DNA of 64,000 bases from Phoronis australis (Eukaryota; Animalia; Phoronida): positions 230,994 to 294,993 of the forward strand of contig NMRA01000395.1 of the NCBI GenBank assembly GCA_002633005.1. Reading direction: 5' to 3'. The position numbers and the translations under genes were made by a program. How positions within the stretch are numbered: position 1 is the first letter of the stretch; each line of letters begins with the position of its first letter. Under the pieces are notes generated by a model, which did not search any database, was not told the DNA's origin, and saw only the letters and a list, made by a program, of their open reading frames with translations. Of this stretch, positions 50,701 to 62,700 are shown in pieces.

Positions 50701-53700
50701 TAACTTACTTAACAAAGACCTTCAATATAGACTTATAATAATTAACTTACTTAACAAAGACCTTCAATATAGACTTATANGCTAAAGCTTTGTGGACTTT
50801 TTGATGTTGTTGTGACCTTTACAGCCTCACTGTCTTCATTATACTGTGTAATGTTGTATCTTCTGTTTGAAGTTAATGCATGAATAGTGTGAAAGCTCAG
50901 ACAAAACAATTACAATGCCTTGATAGTTAATTCAAGAAAGTCAATGATTTGAGGGCAGTCTGTCCCGCATGTCATCTGGTTCATTTGAAACTTAGTCCTG
51001 TTTTGGTAGCTTTGCTAGCTACGATTGCTTTAATTTTCTGAAAAGTCATGGTCCCCACAACAGACCCAATCAATGTGAAAACGAGATCTCATTTAATTTT
51101 TTTTAGGTTTTTTACTTTTCAGAAAGTAACTATGCTGTGTCTTTCACTGAGTCAAATTCTTGTTGAATGCACTGACTGGCTGACCAGGTTACTAATAGCT
51201 TTAATGCATATCACTTCCTTGTGTTGGTGGGGTCACTTGGGAAAATCCTAGGCATTCTCCTTCATTCAAACCATCGATTCTTGATTTTTATTGAAAGTTG
51301 TGTTTTCATTACTTCAGAAATAGTATATGTCTGCCATATAGTCATATAATGATATTGGAGAGCAGGTAGTCTCTAATGAATCAGTCAATAACTTTATAAA
51401 CTTATAATAATTAACTTACTTAACAAAGACCTTCAATACTCAATCCGTACCCTTTAGTTATTATCTGTTGAAAGTTACAAAATTTAAAATTAACTGAAAG
51501 TCAAAATTTTGCAAATTGAATGCTTTAGTTAAAGCCTTTTTTCTTTTAGCACCTGGTGAACCTGCGACATTTGAGAGCAACCCGAGTGGCCTGTATAATG
51601 ACTCTGTGTTATTACAATGGAGTGCCCCCCCTAGGCTCCATCAGAATGGCATCATCAGAAAGTATCACTTGAAATACTTTGATAAAAAGCAATTTAAAGG
51701 TAGGTAGAACTTTTTCTTTTTTGCAAAAGTGACATCTGAAATCTCTGCGTCTATGGCTCTTGACTGACTGATGAGCTATGTTTAAACGGCTGTCAACACT
51801 TAACGTACTGACACAGGTTATGGAGCTATGCGTGTGTCATATTTTTTTATGAAAAAGCAGAGCCATTGCTTACCTGAATGGAAGGGTGCCTGTGCCTTCT
51901 AATACGAAGCAGTACCCCCAGTCACCAAGTCTCTCTGGTCACCCCCAATTCTAACACTGTCCCACATGCCCATGAATGCTTAGCCTGTTGCCAGCGTTCA
52001 CTTCTTACATGGTAACAGTTCTAACTTGTAAAAAGTGTACCAAAATGAATCCAAATTGCTGCTGCAGTAACCACTCTAGGAACTTATTGAGAGAGAGTCA
52101 ACATAACTGTCACAGTAACTCCATCACCGTCACACTTACAACATCACCGTCAGGCTAACTCCACTGCTGTCATGGTAACTCCACTGTTGTCAGGGTAACT
52201 CCACTGCTGTCAGGGTAACTCCACCACGGTCATGGCAACTCCACCGCCGTTACGACAACAACATCACTACTGCCTTGTCTAATAACTTCTGATTTGCAGA
52301 AACATCAGGGCTGCCAACTGTTACATTTTATCCTTGTTCTATGTACTTTTAGGGCCTAAAAATCATTACATATGGATTTTGAGCATTTATTTTTCTTAAA
52401 AAATCAAATAAAAGTTAAAGTTTTCATTAAAATTGTCAGTGTTTCGAAGCGCCAGATCGGCAAAGATCGAGGGAGGACGTACTGAAAAATGGCTGAAATT
52501 GTCAAGAATGCCCGTAACTGTGTAGAATGCAATATACATGCGAAATTTCCCAGATTGTGATTATTGTTGCAGGTCTTTGGGACTGGCCAATGAAAAATAT
52601 GCTAACTTGGTTTTGTATTGTGGGATATTGTATGCTTAAGATTGTGTTGAGAAGTCTAGAGTGAAATATCGGAGACGAGCCTACCAATGAATTAGCTTAC
52701 AGTAAGAAATGGGAATGGAATTAACCAATGGCATGTTTAATCACTCTGTCTTCATCTCTGAGTACGCAGACGCATTCAACACTGTCATGGATCAGGAGTT
52801 ATGAGATATCAGGATTTGTGGAGCCGTGGTAGTGTGGGAAGAAATCAAACATGCGGACAACAAAAGCAGAAAAATATTGATGTAATTAGCTGAGTTACGT
52901 AATGTTGCTTTTTTAGTTCAACACAGTTTGGAATTGAAAATTGTTGTTTTGGTGGATATCAATTCATTGGCGTTAATTGAAATTTAAACTTTCAGAAAAT
53001 GTTGAAAATCACTTGCAACATATTGATTTTTAACACGAAGGTTACAGAATATTTTAATAGTTGGTAGCCCTGCAGCATCACCGTCATGGCACAAAATTCT
53101 AAAAAATATTGCCAAGGACTCTCTGAGTGGCCGTGGAAGTGTGCACACACACATAATCATCTTTACCCTCATGATCACACCGTGGAAGTGTGCACACACA
53201 CGTAATCATCTTTACCCTCATGATCACATTCATATTATGCCTTATTCCGTAAACATCCCCCAAAACACCATTAGACCATAGCTGTAAGTTTCAAACTATT
53301 TCATAATTGTACCTCATCCCCTAAACATTCCCAATACACAATTAGACCGTATCTATAACGTACAGTCTTTTCCTATTAGTTGAGCTTCGGTTTACCGAAA
53401 CTTCGCTAAACTTTGTTTACCTTTCCCACTTAATAGCGATATAGAAGTTATCGCTATGACAACAGGTGCCGCAGTTCATTCATACTCTCAAACCCAATAT
53501 TGAATAGTTGGTTTGAGGCTAACTGAAAATTGTTTGCCTGTCATTTACAAGTGTTTATAAAAATGATCAATGTCATTCTTCATTAGGTATGCTTTATTTC
53601 GTTTATTTACGCCTACCTATTGAGAGCATGTTGGCTACGTTACAATAACAAAGAACATGTTTTGCGAATCTCATGTGATCGTTGCCGCAACCTTTACTGA

Positions 53701-56700
53701 TAATTTCACCGAAGCTTCACTTTTAGTGTTCTCACTTCACCGAAGCTTCACTTTTTTAGTGTGTGTAAGTGATATACGTGCAATATACATTTGATGTGTA
53801 ATCTGGCGTAGATAGAAACATTGATGTGTAACCTGGCGTAGATAGAAACATTGATGTGTAACCTGGCGTAGATAGAAACATTGATGTGTAACCAGGCGTA
53901 GATAGAAACATTGATGTGTAACCTGGCGTAGATAGAAACATTGATGTGTAACCTGGCGTAGATAGAAACATTGATGTGTAACCTGGCGTAGATAGAAACN
54001 TCATTTTTCATTAGGTATGCTTTATTTCGTTTATTTACGCCTACCTATTGAGAGCGTGTTGGCTACGTTACAATAACAAAGAACATGTTTTGCGAATCTC
54101 ATGTGATTGTTGCCGCAACCTTTACTGATAATTTCACCGAAGCTTCACTTTTAGTGTTCTCACTTTACCCAAGCTTCACTTTTTTAGTGTGTGTAAGTGA
54201 TATACATGCAATATACATTTGATGTGTAACCTGGCGTAGATAGAAACATTGATGTGTAACCTGGCGTAGATAGAAACATTGATGTGTAACCTGGCGTAGA
54301 TAGAAACATTGATGTGTAACCAGGCGTAGATAGAAACATTGATGTAAATGCACCCTCTTCATGTGTGCTGTAGTTTGGACAATCATGTACCAAACATCCT
54401 CATTACAGTTAGGTACCAGTATTTGAGTGTCTGTTGATTTTTTACCCCTGGGAGACTTTGTTATTTATGTTGTTGTGTACTGTCGTTGGAAAATTCGGTT
54501 ACTCAGAGACTAAGCATGGGATAATGGTCTGGCTTGAGTACCTACTTCATGCTGGGTTTGTTTCACATTATAGTTGACTGAGTTGGAAAATAAGACATAT
54601 CAAGTCAGCTTCTATGTATCTTCTAACGGTATTGATTTTGACACTGAGTTATTTTATTTCAGTACAATATCGTCGCTTTCAACTGTCGTGCCACCCAAAC
54701 CTATTGACCATGACTTATTCCTAATACACCAGGGTGTTCATAACATTTCTCATTCATTGTCAATGTGTGTCAGAACTTTAAGAAATCAAAGTGCACCATC
54801 AAACCTTTCAACAGACAGTGTTATGGAAGGAACACCAAAAATGAATACTGCTGTATGACCAAAAATAAATTGAATTTTGTTTTGTTTTCAGTGACATTCA
54901 ATGACAGCACATTTTCCTACAGAGTTCCTGGCCTTAAACCATATACTAACTACACGTTTGAACTGTGGGCAGAGACTTGTGACGGTTGTCAAGGAGATAA
55001 TAGGACTGTTGAAGAACGCACAAAGGAGTACCGTAAGTAGAGATGTGTGATGTAATGTTCTTCACGCACAGCTCAAAATTTGCTAGCTATCTGTAGTTTA
55101 CAGAGTCGTGGTGACGTTCCTCACTCATGGCTCAAAATGTGCTACCTATCTGCAATTTACATACTAGGACATGATTGTGTAGAAAGTTTGTCTTAGATTT
55201 TACTGATAATTGGTCTAAAAGCGAATCGTGTCATGTTTAAGGTGATAAACATTGTACAGTAATTAAGTTTACAGAAACTAGGTGAACGGATTTATCTCAA
55301 ACACAGCTCAAAATGTGCTTGCTATCTGTAGTTTACAGAGACGTGGTGACGTTCCTCACTCATGGCTCAAAATGTGCTAACTATCTGCAATTTACAGACT
55401 AGGACATGATTGTGTCAAAGTTTATCTTAGATTTCACTGATAACTAGTCTAAAAGTGAATCGTGTCATGTTTAAGATGATAAACATTGTACAGTAATTAA
55501 GTATGCCTGGCGATCTTATAAACACTTACTAGTCTAATTGTTTCTTCCTCTGTATCGGTGCTCGTTGCTGTTGCACATTTCCATTTCTCAGGTTTGAAGT
55601 TGGAGTTGTACTAAGTTTCCATACAAGTTTAGGTCTCACATAGTTTACAGTGAGTGTGTTGGTCATTAATTGTCAGTATTATAATCTCGTCTTTTCCAGT
55701 TCCTTCAAAGCCTACAGGATTGAAAGTTGAAGAAAAAACCTATGAGAGCATTAACCTGACTTGGGTTGAGCCTGACCCAGCCAACGGCATCATTATTCTG
55801 TATACAGTACATGTAGTTGACCTAGATGACAGAGGAAACGATAGAATGGAAAATACCACATCTACTCACATGTGGATACAAAACTTGGCAGCTCACACGC
55901 GCTACAACTTGACAGTGGCTGCCTGGACCAGTGTAGGGAGGGGCCTTTTTTCTGATGGGGAGTTTGTGAAAACTGAAATAGCAAGTATGTTAACTTCTTT
56001 TGTTACAATTACTAAGTACAGACAATCAATATCATGATGACTAAAAAGCACAAAATCTCACCTAACTTTGAAACATCACATAATTTCTTTGTAAGCAGAT
56101 TCCAGTGAAATAAGTGGCTATTGTGATCATATATGCTCTGGGGCTAGTTCCAAGAAACTCAATTAAATTCATTTTTTACTTAAGTCTAAGATTTGTCTCA
56201 ACTTCCCAGCTTCAAAACTTCCACTACTGGTAAGTTAGTTGAAATTAAGACAAACATTGTTGAAAACTTATTAAGTCATCATGAGATCTTTTTCTTGAAA
56301 CGGACTTTAGACAAATTTTATTTTCATCGTAAAATTGGTAAGTTTTTTCTTAGTTAAATCAGTTTTCTTGAAACGGACCTCTAGTCCTTAACGCACTCAG
56401 TTTTTTTAGTATTTCTCATTTTGTGCAAGTTACGAGTGTATTAAAGTAGACATTTTTCTACCAAAAATGTATAAAATAGAAACAAAAAGACATTAAATAA
56501 TTAAATTGAGAAAACATTAGGCTTCATCTTTACCCAGGTAAAACTCACTTAGAAGAGACTTGGTCATTTTAGAAATTGTTTCATTAAAATATACTTTCTG
56601 AAGCATATTTTAAGCAAATTTCACTGTCTTGGTCATGTGACCCAGTCATTGACAGGTTATGTCAAGTCCAAAGCTGAATTTCACTTCGTTTCTTGGAATT

Positions 56701-59700
56701 ACGCGAGATGACATTTATCAAATCGTGTCAGCCAGTTCTCAGCTATACTCACAAGAGGATGTATGCAAGATTTCTGCCTCTAATACTCTTTTAGACTTTA
56801 TCTACGGATTGTGATCGATTATTTTTGTTAAACTTGCTTTATGTGAAGATTTTGATCAATTGTTTCAAATGGTAATAAACACTCTTTCAACCTCGTTTCT
56901 GTGTAAATTTAGCTCTTTGAGTGATTTTTTTCTTTGGACAACTGTGGGTGGCTTTGTCAGGTACTAGCCAAGATGGCAGTGGGTCTGATGGTGGATGGCT
57001 TTGTCATGTACTAGCCAAGATGGCAGTGGGTCTGATGGTGGATGGCTTTGTCATGTACTAGCCAAGATGGCAGTGGGTCTGATCTCCCTTGGAGCAGATG
57101 GAGCAGGTTGTGGAATCTTCATCTCCTGATCTGTAAGATAATGAATAGGGCAAAGATGTTTTTGACCAACTTGTTTCTGGCTCTGAGAAGCCAGTCTGTC
57201 CGGAAAGAGAATGCTTACCAAAGAGATCATGACATAGTATTATTTGCCAAAGCCTCAGCTTGACCCTGCCACTGGTGAAGTCATTGCAACTTTCATAAAC
57301 AGTGGTCTGAGAATGCAGCCTAATGAAAAAAATCTTAACAAGACATTGCAATCTTGTGCCTTTCTGAACAATTGTGTCAATATGACAATCCCTCACACTA
57401 ACCCTGTTCTACTTGCTGCTGAAGGGCTTAGTTCCTTGTGGAGTTGATCAATAACGTTTATGTTGCTGAGGGGTGACTTGATGCAGGGTTTGACGAATGC
57501 TTGTTGTGTTGTATCTTCCACCTTCTCCAAGAGTTGTCATTATGTAAGGACACCACCAAGTCTAATGTTCTTGTATGGGTTTATTATTGGTAATCAAGTG
57601 TAACATACTCAACCAGGTCATCACACAGTTCACATTGTGTTATTACACCGTATGCAGGAGGTGGTGTGTAGTGACTGCTTTGAAGGAGTACATAACATAG
57701 AATTTCGATTTTCAGAGGAGTTGTGCAGCTACTGTTTCTCACTTCTGTAGCTCCGTATAAGGCAGCCTTGAAGTCTACTATAATCATATTTCTGATGCTG
57801 GTACGAACACAGCTATTTGCTGTTCACTCTATGAAGACAGTGGCAATATCAGGTGGCTTTGACAACTTTTTGTGAATGTCTGGTTGGAATTAAGACGGTC
57901 TTTGATAAATACTCACACCTGCTAACAGTGCTGTACCAGCTTCTTGGGCTGTTGTCAATTGTGGAGAGAAATTTGTTGTTTGTTTATGTCACAATATATA
58001 ACTTTTTATTTTTTGTGGTTTGCTAGTGGGATGTATTCTAAATGTCTTGCAAAATTCCTAGTAAAATAAAACGAAGTGAAACTAATAATGAAATTCAAGT
58101 AAACATGATTATGTTACATCTAGTATGATGCAGTTAGATACTGTCACTGAGTGGACTGCATTGCATGCCTAATCCTTTCACTGAGTGACTACATTACATG
58201 CCTAATCCTTTCTCAGTCTCTGAGACACCTCCCCTTTTTTCTTGTCATATTTCGTGGTTTCTGGCTGTGAAACCTGATTAGCAGTGAAGTCATTCCTAAG
58301 TACTCAGTTCACGTAATATTGAAATTATCATCAAACTCCATCTTACCAGACTTATTGAATTTACTAATTTACCATTACCTTTGAGCCTTTAGAAAAATAA
58401 TTAATTTTCATTAGTTTAGTTGAATTTAATTCTTAATTAGCCATTAACTTAAAAGTGTTATTGATGCATTGTGCATTTTAGATATCTCGATAAATCTTGG
58501 TATGTTTAAATTTGCTTGAATGCACTGGATAGGTGTTTGTAGACAACTCTTAGTAATTTAGTGCATTCATACCTCTGTCAGAAAATCTTAAATATGGAAT
58601 ACAGTGAGTAAAGTGGGTGACAGCCGTAATTTCTCAGTCTTGTTTTTATTGTTGTGCTGTTTGGTGATTTCATATAAAACTCATAGTAAAGAAAGACATT
58701 CAGTTTGCAGAAGAGCTGAAATTTTGCTAATTATATTTTCAGAGCCATCTGATCCTACTGGAGTTAAACTCATTGTTCTCAATTCAACTTCATTTGAGGT
58801 CAGGTGGATTTCACCTGAACCAAATCCAGGACCCACGAATTATACTATTGATGTGTTCGACAAGGGAAGATTAGACAGTAGCACTACAGGCAGTCACATT
58901 CAGTCTAAAAATGTCTCAGGTAAAATACAGTTATCACCTTTCTTTATGCATAAGCAATTTACTAGTTGTCGGGTGGCAATATGTAGTGAACAGGCAGGCA
59001 CCTATGACTAGCAGATAATTTTGTTTGACATATTCCTGTGTGTAAACTAAGACACGCATCATTGGATTCTGAAGGAAAGTAGTCGGTCAAATTACGTCTG
59101 TGAGCAATGTGTAAAGGAAACATCAAATACTGACTGGTCGAATAGAAATGATTCCATTTTAAATAAAAACTATCGGTGTACGAAATGCCTTTGGTGGATT
59201 TGAGCTTGGCTGTGACTATGTGACTAGTGCTGAAAGCAAACATTGATTATGAAATTAAACTACCTGTTGTATGGCTGCTCAACAGTAAGCAGGCTCTTTA
59301 CCAAGATGTGATATGTTTATAAATTTGTTTTAAATGCATGTATTATGTTGTACATATTAGAGTTATCTGGGGAAGTGGATAATACTCTTGGGAATAATCC
59401 CTGGCCAGTCACCACGCTGGTGACTCTGTGCATATCATTGCTTTGCGAATTTCACCTAGGCTTTTACTTTTCTGTTTCAACCAATCAGAAATCTCAAATT
59501 TGACTCAAATCCCACAAATGCAACAGATTTATAACTTGTTTCAAGGAGTTCATTCATTACATAAATTAGGTTCCATTTTGGAATATTCTCAAAATTTTCA
59601 CAGAAAGATCTAAACCCAACCCTTAAAAAGTTTCTTGATGTTAAAAAGATCATTCAGTGCTGTTTCAATTTTCTAATACTTTTTTTAAAAACTAATACAA

Positions 59701-62700
59701 AATTGTAACAAAGTGTGATTGGTGAAACTTGCCATGGAAATCTAGCACTTTTGTCATGTGACTGAATTGTGTTCCTGTTGTCTGACTTCAAAGTACCACA
59801 TATTTTGATATAAAGGCTTCAACATTATTTAAAGTTTGACAGAATTTACCGAAGATTTGCAGGCCTGTTGTTATCATTGAATTTGACATGACAGCTTGTA
59901 GAGTAAAAAAATAGCTTATGCAAAATAGCCTGGCCTACGCCTTGTCCAAGACACTAGGCTAATTGTTACATCGTGCAAATTAGCCAAACTGGCAGGTTAT
60001 TTGGGTACAGGTCAAATTGAACATCTTACAGGCCTTGAGCCTGAATCTGCCCGACTGTTCCCTGACTTCTCAGAATTGCTATGTGACATAATCGTGCTAT
60101 AGTTATTGTTTAAGACATTTCAAGTAATGGAAATAATGGGTTATACACTGTCAGGTGGATGAGAATCAGTTTTAACATATCGAGAAAAGTTGCAATCTGT
60201 GTAATCGCTTCCAGCTTGGTCCTTCCCACAATGTTCTACTCAGAACAAAATGGCTACAGAGGGCTTTCTTCACTCTAGTGGAGTCACACAGGATGTCATA
60301 AACTATCAGCAATGCAATTCAATGAAGACCACAGTACTGGGTGATGGAAAACGTTCACTTAAAAGGTGTGACTGTGAATAAATGAACCCCTTCTTGTTTG
60401 GTGCCTGGTGTTGTCATAATTATTGTGTAATATATTCTGTCTTATTCAAATTAACTCATTCCACTTTGTTTTGTTTTTTAGGTTATTCTTCAAATCATGT
60501 TGCTTTCTATGGCATGGAGGAGTACTGGCTATATCGTGCGAGTGTGGCGGCCATTACAGAGAAAGGCAACAGCTCGGCAAAGTACAGTGATGTCAATAGG
60601 ACTAGTGCTGCAGGTTTGACTCAGTCAATAACTGTTCATTAATTTTAGGAATATTTTGCGGTGTTCATGGATGTAGTAGTCTGGGAGCCAAATATTGGAT
60701 AATTGTTTTTTTTTTCTGTTTTATGCAGCCTATACTAGAAATAAGCAATCATGACTTAGGGGCTTGATCATTTGTAACCTTTGAGAATTTTTTTGATTGT
60801 TCTAAAACCCCCTCAACCGCCACACTCCACGACCCCTCGCCCCACGGCCCACAACCTCTCAACCCAGGCCATTCTACACGAGCTCGACTCACTCTGAACA
60901 AGTGCTGAATTGCAGGACCAATGAGTTGAACCGTGAAGTCAGCTGGCTTTTCCTGCTTTTTTTGCAATTGAGAGTCAATTCAACAAGTTTTAAAGCCAAA
61001 ACAGAAAAAATGTCCAAATCAAATTGAAGACCTACCAACATTACGAATGTCGTTTCCGGCAAAGTGCATGATTGTCTCGTCTGCTCTTTAATGAATGGCA
61101 TATTCCATATGTTTTGGGGGGTGGAGTCCGAAGAACTTATGAATGTGTAATTTCATCAGTAAATACAGTTTGGCAAAAAAACTGTTATAACTAAAAAGGT
61201 ATCCCGTCGTTACATGGATTATATTGTAAACGAATGTACAGCAGGTAGCAAATAATAAAAATGTGAAATTGTCTCCATTCACGGTAATGTACTAAGTTTA
61301 GTAGAACAGGGCCATTGTTAGCCGCTCATGAAGCTATTCGCGTGACAACGATAGCACACTCACAATTCGCTAGTTCAGGTCATACTGAGTTGCAACTTTC
61401 TGTTATTAACCATGAATAGAAAAAAATGTCATAAACAAATTGCTCTCATCAACTACAATTCCCAACGGTGTCCAATTCGCCGCCTACTATTGCATACTGG
61501 AGATGATTAGGTTTGGTTGCAACGGTCAGATTCCACGTAGAAAATAAATCCGAAACTAAAAGAGGCGATCCAGATACTTGTTTGTCGAAAAGTAGAATAA
61601 ATATACGTAAATAAAACAACCAAAATGGATCACTTGATCACGTGATCCATTTTTGATGTTTTATTTAGGTATATTTGTTCTCAGATTCCATGTAATTCAA
61701 GTAGATACAGTTGCAGCGTCAATTGCCTGCCCTCTTTTGGGCATGTTACACTGTACTGTGCTCAAATTCTGAGTCTTGAATTGGCATTTGAAACATCTTG
61801 TGCTTATGTCCGATTCGATTAGGCTATTGTCTTGGGTTTATGCAATTCTTCTTCTCGTTGGTCAAATGGTCAAATATATTGACCATCATAATGACGAATG
61901 TGCGTTGCACTGTCATGATGCACCACAGGGGCCCAGTGTATCCAACATCAGCATTGTTTTTTATCCGAGTTTCCCTCATACAGAATCGGCTGTCCGTTGC
62001 TTAGGAGTAATCCTCTGCTCCTGGTTTTAAATCAGAGTTTTCCTTCTCCTAGACGAACTGCCTGCCAAGGCTAACGTGTTCTGTTTTACCCCTGTTTGGA
62101 ATAGAGTTTTCTTTCTCCTAGACAAACTTCCTTCCAAGGCTAATGAACTCCATCTACCCGGGTTTGGAATCAGTTTTCCATTCTCCTAGTTTGAGTTGGT
62201 TCACTGCACCATATTCCGTAGTTTATTCGGTACAACCCCCATCTAGAAGGGCTTCCCCCATCTACCACCCAGGGGATGCGCCTCTTTGCCATACAACCAC
62301 AGCACGAGGTTTATGCAATTGAACAATTTGGTTATCTACTGGATCTACCCTAGTACATATAGCAAAATAAATTTATGTATTGCGTTCATATGAAAGCTAC
62401 GAGCAGAAACAGAATCTTTGATAATGGCCTCCTGTATTTGCATAAACTATACAAATTTATCATGCAGCAACTTGTAAACTGATTTCATTTAGTAATTGAC
62501 CGTAAGAAGCTAGGTGCAATGATAGTTTACCTGTGATGCCTGATACTACAGCAGCTGCTATAAGCGTGAGTAAAATTTTGAACAGCCACTTAAATTTGCT
62601 GACCGTGGAAACTTAGGTCAAAACATCAAAATAATCTGTCAGCAGCGCTTAATAAGGAAATTATGAGCAAAATTAGAATTTTGCATAATGGTGGCCTTAA

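Noticed and set aside
10293-54345. Short tandem arrays as CRISPR arrays
   Set aside because: Units are head-to-tail with no unique spacers, no cas genes are present, and the context is a spliceosomal gene
54574-54858. Extra exon within FN3-11
   Set aside because: An acceptor exists at 54662 but the phase-1 frame hits a stop with no good donor; exons 51550 and 54892 already join into a normal-length domain
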